From Cyanophora paradoxa CCMP329 (Eukaryota > Plantae > Glaucophyta), in the NCBI GenBank assembly GCA_004431415.1, contig QPMI01000621.1, positions 150,034 through 214,033 of the forward strand: 64,000 nt of DNA, read 5' to 3'. Position 1 is the stretch's first letter; each line of letters starts with the position of its first letter. Under the pieces are notes generated by a model. It did not search any database, was not told the origin of the DNA, and was given only the letters and a program-made list of their open reading frames with translations. A program made the position numbers and the translations under genes. This document shows positions 1-11,397 of this stretch, piece by piece.

Positions 1-228
1 CTCGCCCGTGTAGATGGGCCCGTCCCGCCAGCGGGCAGTGAGCCCGCTGTAGTGGTCGGCGTGGAAGTGGGAAAGGAAGAAGAGGAAGGGCCAGGCGTCG
101 GGCGCCGGATCGGCCTCGTCCTTCGCCTCCTTCTGCCGCCAACGGAGCTTGAAGTTGTCGACGAGGATGCGCGTGCCAGGCAGCGTGCGCCGGTACTCCG
201 GGAAGTCCGCCAGCGATGCGCTCGTCAT
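1..228 (-). CDS. SNM1/PSO2 (DCLRE1-type) metallo-beta-lactamase nuclease, 5' part; runs off the window edge
   Basis: Minus-strand translation from ATG 228: MTSASLADFPEYRRTLPGTRILVDNF...FLFFLSHFHADHYSGLTARWRDGPIYTGE. Contains the HxHxDH motif in the FLSHFHxDHYxGL...W..GPIY context typical of the SNM1 family. Not in the ORF track. Confidence 0.85.
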   Translation of the reverse strand, partial: MTSASLADFPEYRRTLPGTRILVDNFKLRWRQKEAKDEADPAPDAWPFLFFLSHFHADHYSGLTARWRDGPIYTGE

Positions 229-407
229 GGCAGCGGCTGCAGCTCTCGCTCCGCGTGCGGCTGCCGCCGCGCCGGCCGCTCTGGGCGCCGCCGGGCCGAC
301 CTGGGTCACTTGGTTTTCAGTCGGGTACGCGAATTCTGATCGCTCCTGGTGGTTCGGCGGACCCGCGTTCTGGGCTTTAGCTAGCGTTCGCCATTGGCTC
401 GGAGAAG

Positions 408-2250
408 ATGTCTCGCCGGCGGTCCGCGCCGGCGGTTGCCGATATCCAGTTCGACCCACAGGACTACAAGTACCACACGCACCTCTGTGGCTGTTGTGAC
501 GATATTGAGACATGTGCGTGGCCCTGCCGGTTTCGGAAGCCTAAGCGGGTCCCAGCAGCCGCCTTTCCCGCTAACGCCCGAACCCGCGGCGCAGGTGTAC
601 CGACTTGTTTCTGCCCGCAGCTGCAGCTCGGAATGAACGAATGGAGATTTGCCCGAAGGACTCCGCCGTGCGTGCCCCCGGGAGGGCTCGTCGCGATTCA
701 GCTTTTGAACCATAGAGGGCCGCCGCCTTCCGCAATCTCGGAGCCGGCCGGAATCGCGGCCGCGCGAGCCTAGGATCTCTCTAGAGGCGTTCGCAATGCC
801 GACGGCGGCTCGGCGGGGCCCTGCGGGGCGGTTGTCCGGTGGCTCCGCAATCAGCGGCGCCCTGACCGCGGGCGGCCCTCGGCGGCGCAGAGTGAACACC
901 TGTGCGCTTATCTGCTGCATGGATCTGTTCTCCCTCGGACTGGCGACCTGCATCTGCACCATGCTGAACCGGTCCAAGTACCGCCGGCACTACGGTCCGC
1001 CCCGCCGCCCCGCGCCGCCGTCGCCGCCGCCGCCCGCCGCTCCCCGCGCTGACCTTCGTCCCGCAGGCGACACGAAGGTGCCGCGACCTCGCGCGCCGGG
1101 CCCTGCGGCGCCCACCCAAACTCGCCTCCGCGCAGGGGGGCGACATCGACGACTGCTGCCGGGCCTTCTGCTGCAACATGTGCACGATCTGTCAGGACGC
1201 ACGCGAGCTGAAGTGCGCCCGCCTCCCACACCGGCGCGCCTCTCGCGCGAGCCGACGACGCGGCGGCGCGCGCGTAGGCTCCGGCGGGGCATGGCCGACG
1301 TGCGGGCCCGGACGATGCGCGCGCCGCAGCCCCAGCCGCAGACCGTGGCGCCCCTTGCGATGTACGCGCCGCAGATGCTCACGATGGCGCCGCCGCCGCA
1401 CAGCGACCCGCCCTCGACGCACTCGCTGCACGCCTCCCAGCTGAACTACGCCCTCCCGGGCTCCATCTCGATCGCCGCGCCCCAGCCGCAGCCGCAGCTT
1501 GTGATGCAGGCCCCGGCCCAGCAGCTCGTCCTCCCCGCCCCCCAGTTCCAGATCGCCTCCGCCCCGCCCCCGCCGCCCCCGCCCCCGCCGCCGCAGCCCA
1601 TCTACGCCTTCGCGGCGCCCCAGCCGCAGCTCGTGCTGCAGGCCCCGCAGCCTCCGCCGCAGCCGCCGCAGCCGCAGCCGCTCATCGGCGCGCGCGACGT
1701 GGCGCGCTTCGGGAGCACCTCGGGCGGCGTGCTGACGACCTCGACGGCGACGAACAGCTACCACCCGCGGGGCGGCGCGGGGATCGTGCACCCCTCCGGC
1801 GGGGGCTCCAACGCTATGCTAACGACCACCTACGCCATCTACCCCCAGGCGAGCCCAGCCCGCCTCGCGCCCCTCTTCTCTCTAACGCCCCCCGCAGTAC
1901 CACGCGCTCCAGCAGCAGCAGCAGCAGCAGCAGATGCAGCAGCAGGTGCAGATGCAGCAGCAGCAGGTGCAGATGGTGGCGGCCGCGCCGGCGGTCCAGC
2001 AGGCCACCACCACCACCTACGCCATGGTACGCCCCCCCCGTCCTCCCTCTTTCTTTCGTTCTTCAGCTGTCCCTCTCGGCCGGGCTAACCGGCCGCCGCG
2101 CAGGTCCCCACCATCACCCCCGCGCGGCAGACCATCACCAGCCCCATCTCCCCCGTACCCTTCCCGTCGTGCGCCCCTACCCCCCTCCCCTTTCCCGCCG
2201 CGTCGACGGCTCGCGCTTCCCTTGCTCACGGCCCTTTCAGCAGACTCTGA
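408..2250 (+). CDS. PLAC8-family Cys-rich protein with Pro/Gln-rich tail (multi-exon)
   Basis: Spliced: HLCGCCDDIETCVPTCFCPQLQLG...RSKYRRHYGDTKGGDIDDCCRAFCCNMCTICQDARELK, the PLAC8 signature. 11-nt exon at 1067-1077, GC donor at 1849. Confidence 0.8.
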
Positions 2251-2527
2251 GTTCGACTCTTCTGGGCGCGGGGCGGCCCGCCCCTCGGCCCCGCCGCCTC
2301 CGCTCCGGCCCCCGTTCTAGTCCCGTAGTTTCATGTGGCTTGAGCAGTTCAGCTTGTCCTGTAATTCAAGCGACGACGACGTTCGAGGTCAGGCGAGGGG
2401 GGCGGCGAGGGGTAGAGGGCCGATGTCCGGGGAGGCAGGCCAGGAGAGGGCAGACGGCCGCGGGGCGGCACCGGAAGGGGGTTGGGGGGAGGGGTACAAG
2501 GATGGGCCCGGGCTCGAGGGCGTCAGC

Positions 2528-5500
2528 TCAGGGGTACGGGCGGCGCCCGGCGAGGAGCCTGTCGATGGGGTCCCGGGCCCGCTGGAGGTCCTCCGGGGAC
2601 TCGAACTCGCTCACGTTCGCGACGTTGATCCGGACCGAGACCTCGGGCCCCAGGCGCGCGAGGACCTGGGGGGAGGAAGGGTGAGGGGGGCCGAGAAGGT
2701 GTGGGGCGGGAGGGGGTACCTCGAAGGGGCGGAGGGCGGAGCGGGAGTAGGGCTCGAGGGTGACGGCGACGTAGAGGCGGCGGAGGGCGGGGAGGGCGGC
2801 GATCGCCTCCGCCTCGGCGACGGAGAGGGGCGCGCCGGCCTCCTCCTCCTCGGCGTCCAGGGGCCGCCCGAGGCGCAGGTCGAGCTCGGTGAGGGCGCGA
2901 CGTCCTCCTCGGCGCAGGAGCCCGACGACGTCCTCCGGGCTCGCCTCGCGCGCTGCCGAAGCTCAGCTGAAGCTCAGCTGAAGCTCAGCTGAGGGCCGAG
3001 CGCGCACCGTTGAGCTCGAGGCGGAGGGCGGAGAGGTTTGGGGGGCACGAGAGGGCCTCGGCGAGGGCGGGGAGGAGCGCCGCGTTGGGGCCGGCCGCGT
3101 CGCTCCCCTCCACCCGCAGGACCAGCTCCCTGGCGCGATTGAATCTTAGATAAGCTTCAAGAGTTCTCTTAGGTTCTGGGCGGGGGTGATCCTGAGAACA
3201 CGATGATCTCTTAGGTTTCCGAGTTATAATTAGATCTTGAATCTTAGATAAGACCTGGGCCTGGGCACAAGTCTTAGGTGCCTTAGGACCAGCTCCCTGG
3301 CGCGAGTCTTAGCTATAGAGAGGGTTCTGCGCTTGTCTGGGATCTCTGTAAATGTAAGATTCTAAGTTCTAGATTTGTGCAGCTGTCAGATTCGGGGTTC
3401 CACATTTCTTTCAGATTTCTCTTAGGTTCCGGGCGTAAGATTCCTCTTAGGATCTGGGGGGGTGGGGGTACCGGAGGCTGGAGGCGCCGCGGCCCAGGGC
3501 CAGCACCGCCACCGGCGCCGTCCGGTCCGCCCGGATCTGGAGAAGCCCGAGTCAGAGAGCGGGGCCGTTACCGGTATTTATAATGAAATTTAACGGAAAG
3601 TGGAGCCTCACAGCGGAGCACGAATATTAGTCAGAGAGCGGGGCCAGATCCGGAATCTGAACAGCGCAAGGCCCAATCTGAGATCTAGCGGAAAGAGACC
3701 TAAACCTTAACAACGGAAGTCCTTCTCTTAAATCTAACCGAACGCGGGGCCGGAATCTATAACTAAACAACGCAAGTCCTTCTCTTAAATCCAACGGCGG
3801 GCGCGCACGGGGAGCGGGGCGAGGCGCTCGAGGCGGGGCATCTAACGGAGAGAAAGGCCCTGGGGCCTCTGTAGCTAGAATCTTCAAGGCTTACGGAGAT
3901 CTAATAAGAAATCTAACGGAAAGAACCTCTTATATAGGTAGATCTTATATACAGGGCGCACGCTCTCTTATTATAAAATTAAGAGGGCGCGCACGCAGAG
4001 GGGCCCGAGGGACTCGAGGCGGGGCATGCGCCCGAGGGCGGCGAGGGCGGCGTCCGAGAGCTCGACGCCCGCGAAGTGGCGGAGGTGGGGCCGCAGCGCC
4101 GCCGCGTCCACCTCCGCGAGCCGCGCGAGCTCGTCCGACCTGAAGAGGGGGCGGATGAGGGCCGGCCGCGGGGCGGAGGAGGCTAGTCTGGGCGGAGGAG
4201 GCTGGCAGAGGAGGCGCGCCGGGGCGGGGCGCGAGAGAGGGGGTGGAAGAGAGGCAGAGGAGGCTGCGCTGGGCTGGGCTGGGCCTCGAGCTCGCTCGCT
4301 CACCCGAGCTCGGCCTCGTTAGTTTGGGGCTAGTCTGGAGGAGGGCCAGGGCCCGGGCGGAGGAGGCTAGTCTGGGCTGGGCTGGGCCGGGCGGGGCCTC
4401 GCTCGCTCACCCGAGCTCGGCCTCGTTAGTCTGGGGCTAGTCTGGAGGAGGGCCGGGGCCGGGGCGGAGGAGGCTAGTCTGGGCTGGCCAGGCTGGTCGG
4501 GGCGGGGCCTCGCTCACCCGAGCTCGGCCTCGTTAGTCTGGGGCTAGTCTGGAGGAGGCCTAGGGCTGGGGCCCGGGTGGAGGAGGCTAGTCTGGGCTGG
4601 GCTGGGCCGGGCGGGGCCTCGCTCGCTCACCCGAGCTCGGCCTCGTTAGTCTGGGGCTAGTCTGGAGGAGGGCCGGGGCCGGGGCGGAGGAGGCTAGTCT
4701 GGGCTGGCCAGGCTGGGCTGGGCCGGGCGGGGCCTCGCTCACCTGAGCTTGGCCTCGTTGAGGAAGAGGAGGCGGCGGAGGCTGCGGCCGGCGGGCCCGG
4801 CGGCGAGGGCCGCGACGCCCTCGGAGACCTCGCCCCGCTGGCAGCGGAAGGCGAGGGCCAGGCGCTCGAGCCGCGCCAGGGGGGCGAGCGCCGCCAGCGC
4901 CGCCGACTCGGAGCCGTCCTTGGGGCGGAGGCCGAGGCTGCGGAGCAGCGGGCAGGCGGCGGCGATGGCGGTGGCGACCTCCGGCGGCATGCCGTTGTCG
5001 AGGGCCGGGAAGCATAGGGAGAGGGAGCGAAGGCCGCCGAAGGGAGCGAGGGCGGCCCGCAGCTCGGCGGCCGGGGGCGGCAGTATGATCGAGAGGGGCG
5101 ACCGCCGCGCGTTGGCGAGGCTGAGGTGGAGCCCCTCGAGCGGGGCGGGCGCGCCCTCGGCCTCGGGCTCCGTATCCTGAGGGCGGAGCGCCCCAAGCGC
5201 TCCGAGCAGGTACGCGGACAGGAAATCGGGGCCGTACCCCTCCGCGAATCCGTGCTCGTCCATGTACTCCGGCCCGAGCACTCGGACCACCACTTCCCGC
5301 AGCAGCGGCGCCGTCGCCGGCGCCGGCGCGGCGGCCGGCGCCGCTCCGCGCGATCCGCCGGCTGCAGCGCTGCGGCTGCGGCTCCGGGCGAACGCCGCGA
5401 GGAGACGGCAGGCCGCCGCCAGCTCGCGCCAGTCCGGGCCGAGCACGACGCCGGCGCCCCCGCCGAGCCGCAGCCTCCGATCCTCCACGAGCGCCGCCGC

Positions 5501-5915
5501 CGTCTCGTGCGCGCCGCGGTCCGGCTCGTGCCCGTTCTCGTCCCTCCACATCTCGAAGCCCGGCCACTCCGTCTCCTCGACCACCCGCCGCCACCGCCTT
5601 TGGCCCAGTGCCCTTATCATTAGCATGCGCGCGCGGCCGCTCCGCGGCCCGGCCCAGCGCGCGCGCGGGCGATGCGGACCTGCAGACGCCGCGCAAGAGC
5701 CAGCTCTCCCGAAGCCCGAGCGCCCTGAAGACGCCGCCCAGCAACGCGTCCGGCATCGCTTCGAAACCTCCCGCCGCTTCTAGATCTGCAGGCCTAGGCG
5801 AGGCTGGCGCCGCTGCGGCTGGCGCTTCGACGCGGGCCCGCTTCTCCTCGCGCCCTCCGGACCCCGATGCGGCACTAGTACTCGGGGCACGTGCACCCGG
5901 CGTCGACGACGACAT
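2528..5915 (-). CDS. F-box-like/LRR protein (multi-exon)
   Basis: N-terminal F-box-like FEAMPDALLGGVFRALGLRESWLLRGVCR, then LRR-like LRSLSL, ACPLLRSLGL, LERLAL. Last exon VLARLGPEV...RRPYP* ends at 2528. Confidence 0.65.
4180..4745. repeat. Intronic tandem repeat, ~110-bp unit, ~5 copies, each carrying a copy of the exon end and splice donor
   Basis: Recurrent GCTCACCCGAGCTCGGCCTCGTTAGTCTGGGGCTAGTCTGGAGGAG...GGAGGAGGCTAGTCTGGGCTGG units. Confidence 0.9.
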
Positions 5916-6403
5916 CGCTGGCCGCTCCACGCCGATCTCCCGGCTGCACGTGCACTGCGGCAGGTTCAGCGATCCATTCCGGATCCGCACGCTAAGCGAT
6001 TCGTTCCGACAGCAAGCCGCGCGCATGCACCTTCGGAATTCGAAAGCTGAACCCGTCGCCCACGTGCACCGAGCACCAACCAGCAGTGAGCCTGGAGGAG
6101 TGTACCCCCCACGCCGATCGGCGAGCTCGCGCGCGCACCGGCGTGCTTGCTTGCACGTGCACGAGCCAAGCTAGCGCTGATCATGACGTCGACCGCGCGC
6201 GCGGCGCGGGGGGAGGCCGAGGGGGGGGGGCGGGGGGGGGGGGGCAGGATTTTAATTTCCATAAATTAAATGCGATGACGAGCCCAGCGCTAGCGCAAGC
6301 TATCGCCCAGATGCAGGAGTACGGGCTACGGATACTCGCGCGGGTTGCATGCGCAAATTGCCAGCTGCAGGGCCGGGCTTGCCGGCGCCATGGCCATGGC
6401 CCA

Positions 6404-6439
6404 TGTGCCCCTGGCCACTGGTCAGTGGCCAGGGGCACA
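6404..6439. repeat. Perfect 17-bp inverted repeat (hairpin, 2-nt loop)
   Basis: TGTGCCCCTGGCCACTG-gt-CAGTGGCCAGGGGCACA. Confidence 0.9.
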
Positions 6440-6883
6440 GGTTCAACATAATAAATTCACTAGGACCGTCGGACAAGAGCATGAACAAAACGAAGAGCCA
6501 AAAGCGTCAACAGAAAGAGGAGACACACAGATATATAGATATCGATCCATGTCAGAAGAGACGACGTATACGTACCAAAACGGGAAAGACCAAGACTGAG
6601 AAGAGACAGAGCTAGAGCTAATTATATATAACACTGACATCCAAAGGGACTTTTTGAGATCATCGGATACAACTTGCAAAGCCTATAGCTATTACATGGA
6701 CAGGCTTGAGAAAATATACAATGACCGGCAGCAATTACCTCGAAGCCTACTGTATGACGGCCGCGGGGAAGTACGGCATCGATATCTGAGGTGCGGCCGG
6801 CGCCGCGGCCGGCGCGGCTGCAGCGGCTGCAGCTGGCCATGGAGCGTACGCGTACGGCGGGCTGATCGCTTGCCCCCCGCCGC

Positions 6884-9800
6884 TCATGTCGACGAAGACA
6901 TGCTGAGGGCCGGGGGCGGGGGGGCGGGGGGCCCGCTCACAATATTATAATTAATATTATTCCCGCCAGCGCCCGCTCCGGATCCCGGCTGCGGGGAGCG
7001 AAGGTCCGTAAAGCCGGCGCCTCCGGATCCGGATTCGGATCCCTTGGCGCCGAAGCCGGCGCCGGCGCCGGGGGACGGGTTCCGCTTGTGCATGTACCAG
7101 TAGGCGACCGACCCCAGCAGGACGAGAAAGGCGGCGCCTCCGATGGCGCCGCCGACAGCTGCTCCGATCGGGAACGTGCTCGAGGACTCTTCCCGATCCG
7201 AATTCGAAGGGCGCGGCAAGCCAGATTCTGGGGCACCGCTTGGGCTGCCAGACGCGGCAGGGGTAACGCTTCCGGAGGCGCTCGCGTCCGCGGACGTGTC
7301 GACGGTCGATCCCGCGGACGCGTCAACGGAGGCGGGCCTCACGACCCAGAACCCGGAGCAGGTCCTGATGCACGTGGCCACGCGTACGTGCACGGCCGCG
7401 GCCATGATCAGATTGCTGCAGCGTGCGGAGGCCAGGCCTAGGGCGGCACACGCATGAAAGGACGCACGAAGCAGGCGTAGAGGGGTAGATGGTCGAGCAC
7501 GTCGTCGCTGGCGGTGCAAACGAGGCGCCTCCGGACCGAGCGTTGTTTAGATTGGCCTGCATCTGAATCGAGCGGAAAGAGTGAAACGTTGCATCAAAAT
7601 TAGAATTAAAGCAAGAACGTTAACGCGCTGAATTTAAATTTGAATGACTGAGACTTTGAAAAATTAAACCGCACACCAGCACGCAGGCCCCGGACGTTCG
7701 AGAGAAACTATTCTGCTTGCAGAAGTAGACATCGACCGCGTCCCGACCCGACCAGGAGATCGAGCAGCTCGCAGACCCGCTGCGGCAGCTGGCGGGGGCC
7801 GACGTGATTGTGATTGCTTTTGCGGCAAGCGTCACTTCTTTGTAGTACTGCGATGGGTCCAGATCTGCCGTGAGCCTCCGACGTTGACGCTGGGCCTTGC
7901 CCTCCGCGAAGACCATCCAGTACCCCGTGACGGAGCCGGCAGCGGGCCTGCGGAATATTCATGCTGAGCTTTGAAATCATTTTGAGTAGCTATAATTAAT
8001 ATAAGTTTAAGACAGCGTTGGAAACTTGCAATATTTAAAAAGGGCACTCTTCTGGCATATATGCATGGAGCTCGAGCCGCGCACGTTTTCGTCTTCTTTG
8101 CTATCTTTGCGTAATGCGCCGTCGTCGGCTTGACGGACAAGGGGCTGCCCCCGGCGGCTACCCCTGCTGCAACCTGCGAACGTACGCGCGGGGTTTGCAA
8201 ACTTGGATTAATATTATTTTTGAAAACAGTTCCAGCTGCTGGAATTCGAATATCAATGAATTCGGAATAGATACAGACCGCTGCGCAGTACTCGACCTCG
8301 AACGATGTTCCAGGGCAGATGTAAATGTCGACTCTGGTGAGGATAGCCTCTGTGTCCCACCCGACAGAACACTCGGAGTCAACCGAGCACGAAGGGCTCG
8401 TCTGGGCACTCAAGGCGACCCGCGTGACCACCGAGGGTTTGCTGCTCATGATCAGCTGCAGTTCGACAGCCGCGCTGCGCGTCCTGGCCGCCTCGAATCT
8501 CTGCCCGCCGGCTGTCCCAGGAGATATCGATGGCGCGACGAGCCAGAAGGCCGAGCATCTGCTTTTTTCGTTCTAAGTGACAATTTCGAAGACGGCGTGC
8601 ACCGTGGCACAGATGCAGGCTAGGCTTTGCACTCAGAGCGCACCCGAGGGAAGAAGACCCGTACTGATTGCAGAAGCTTGAGATTTCCGTCGCCGTGAGC
8701 GCCACCGATTTCGGGCTCGCCGACAGGCGCGCACCGGTAGCGATCTGATGCAGTTAAAAAACATTTAGAGTTCAGTTTCATTATATACATGGTGCAATTG
8801 CGCATGCGCATGCACAAATTAAAATCTGTAAACGTTCCGCACCAGCGTGCACTTCGAGTCGTACTGCGCGAAGCCGCACAGCGCAATGTCGACGCTTGGG
8901 AAGCCGCCCCATGCGACGGAGCTCGAGCAACCGCTCTCGTCGCCCTCGCACTTCGATGACGTCGAGGACAGTATTGTGAGCACCGAAATATTCACGGGGG
9001 CCGTCCCACCGTGGCACTGAGCTTGTTCACAAGTTCTGGCTGCGTTTCGGAAAACCAGTCGAGTCCTAGGCTTGGGTCTGGCCGAACCACCCAGTACATC
9101 GTGCACCTGCGGTCGAAAAGCTTAAGCTTAAGTAGGTCGAACCTGCAGCGAACGTTAACATCTTTAATTTGAACATGAAACTTTACCCCGCTGGCGTCTT
9201 CGTCGATGTCTCAGGGCATACGTCCTGGGGCGAGATGCTGAGAGAAAGACTGGAAGACTGTGGCTGGGGACCGGTGCCATTGATCATGAGCTGCAAGCCA
9301 TCACAAAGCTTAAGCATGAGTTCGAATGCACGTGCACTGCATGCGTGCCGATTGACGAGCATGGGCCGGACAACTTATAAATATAATTAACTTGAATTCG
9401 AATTATGTGTACGAACGCACTGATTTGCACGAGGTGTCGTAGAGCTTCGTGTTGCAGAGGTACGCGTTCACCACAGACGGGGCGCTCCACGCGACTTGGC
9501 ACGGGCTGGAGGACCAGAGGGTGCACTCCGTGGAGGTCGGCTGGGCGATTCTGATCGGCTTGTAAACGTACGCGTTGTCCCCGCTGCCCGTGACCGACTC
9601 GTTCAAGCCTTCGGGATACACCTCCCAGTACAATGTGCACCTGATCATGAAATTAATTAACATCGAAAATAATTAAAGGTTAACGTCGACGTCGCGAGTT
9701 AAGACAGACCTGCCGTTGTATTTGTCAGGGTAATCTGAAAAATCTGGTTTCGCGCAGAACTCTTCCCAGAGGGCGTCTGTGAGGGGCATGGCCATGGAGC

Positions 9801-11397
9801 CCGCAGGCGTCCCGCCCACGAGCTTCCGGCAAATTCGCTCTTCGTCGTCGGGCAAGTATCGGTTGCACAGGTGCACGTCCACCACGTCGACGCCGGTGTA
9901 GGCGACGGTCACAGTCTCTCCGAGCACCAGATGCGGTATAGCCGGCGCCTCTTTGTCGGCTGCTCTCGCATAGACGTACACGTCGATCGCGGGCGGGTAC
10001 ACGAGGGTCATCTTCCTAGAGCCTGCGACAAAGCCCGCGTAGTCGTAATCGCCTGCAAGGGTGATGACCAGGTAGACTTCGCAGCTGCGGCGACGGTTAT
10101 ATTTAAGGTCAGCTGCAGCTGCGCATGCAGCCTGAAAATTAAATTGAAACGTGAACACACCTGTCCCCCGGAGAATCTATCCTGCTTGGTTTTGCGCAAA
10201 TTTCGCCATTCCACCATGCGAAGAAGTCTGTCGTGATCGTGAGAGAACCCGTTTGCGCAGGGGCCGATGCCACCACCTGCCACCAGAATTAGGAACTGGA
10301 CCCGGACGTCGACCGGAAATATGGCTGCGCATGTACACGAGGCCCCTAGCTCATGATCAAGCTTAAGGCAGATCTAGTTCTATATATATATAATATAGCT
10401 AGAGCTCACTTTTCGGCCTTTCTTGGACGCCTATTCTCCTTCCAGAAGCTGCGTTTTGCTGAACCAGACGTCTACGTACCCGGAGCTTGGACCTCCGGAC
10501 CACGCCAGATGGCACGGGTAGCCGACTAAGCAGCTTGAATTTGTGGCCGGGAGGATGGAGATCCGCGGAGGGAATTTGATTGTCACTGCGACTTGATCAA
10601 CCTCGTCGGAAGACGATTGAATCGACCAGTACAGCGAACACCTGCCAGTGATCATGATTGAAACAATTTGAGGATATGGAGATCTAGATCTATCTATCGA
10701 GACTGTAGCGCTAGCCGTACGCGTGCACGCGTGCGTGCACGTGCCACGTGCATGCGGCGGATTTCGAATGCGAATTCGATTTCGAAGCGCGCACTGTTCA
10801 GAACCTGGGCTGCAGGGGGAAGTCCTGCTCGGGGAAAGGTACAGGTGGAGGGTGCCCAGATACTCCGCCTCCATTGTAAAGACGAATGGGTTTTGCTGGT
10901 ACGGCGGGAGCGCCGTGTACTTGCTTATGTCAAACTGCGCAGCTGAGTCAATGGATCCCGGACAAGCATGCGCATGGCGTAGCCATGGCCATGGCACTAG
11001 CGTAGCTGCACGCGCATGCACGCGCGCAGGCCTATTAGGCTAGGCCTAGCTTTTTTTTTTAGGTACAAGAGATAGGCCTCGAGATAGGTACAAACTCGAG
11101 ATTGAACGTCATCCAATGCGCGCTCACTGTTAGAGATTCGCAATCACTGCTCAATTTGGGTCGATCGCCAGAAGGATACGAACTCGTCTCCACACTGCAT
11201 ATGTACGGGAGGACTTCCGAGCTGCCGGTCCAAGCAATCGTACACGCCTGCCCGACGGTGCATGTCGCGGATGTGTTCGGATAGAACAGCTGGAGCGTCG
11301 CCAGAGCGCTCGGCGCCGCCGCAGCTACCAGAGCCACAAGTACCAGCTTAAGAAGAGCACAGCTGCTCATGAGCTTAAGAAGAGCGCAGCTGCTCAT
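6884..11397 (-). CDS. Type-I membrane surface protein with ~7 Cys/Trp modules (multi-exon)
   Basis: Signal peptide MSSCALLKLVLVALVAAAAPSALA; repeated C-x4-6-C-x3-4-W...VD.Y.C...C modules; Ser/Ala linker; TM GAAVGGAIGGAAFLVLLGSVAYWY followed by HKR; short Pro-rich tail. Confidence 0.7.

Noticed and set aside
1-228. SNM1/Artemis-family nuclease as part of the RAG-like system (Artemis opens RAG hairpins)
   Set aside because: It lies 47 kb away, outside the repeated unit, among ordinary host genes; most likely coincidence.
4180-4745. Repeat arrays here and at 43101-43196 as CRISPR
   Set aside because: No unique spacers, no cas genes and a eukaryotic context; these are plain tandem repeats.
8780-9110. 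SRCR-like domain suggested by KCEGDESGC
   Set aside because: The segment aligns better with the protein's own repeated Cys/Trp module, and other SRCR motifs are absent.
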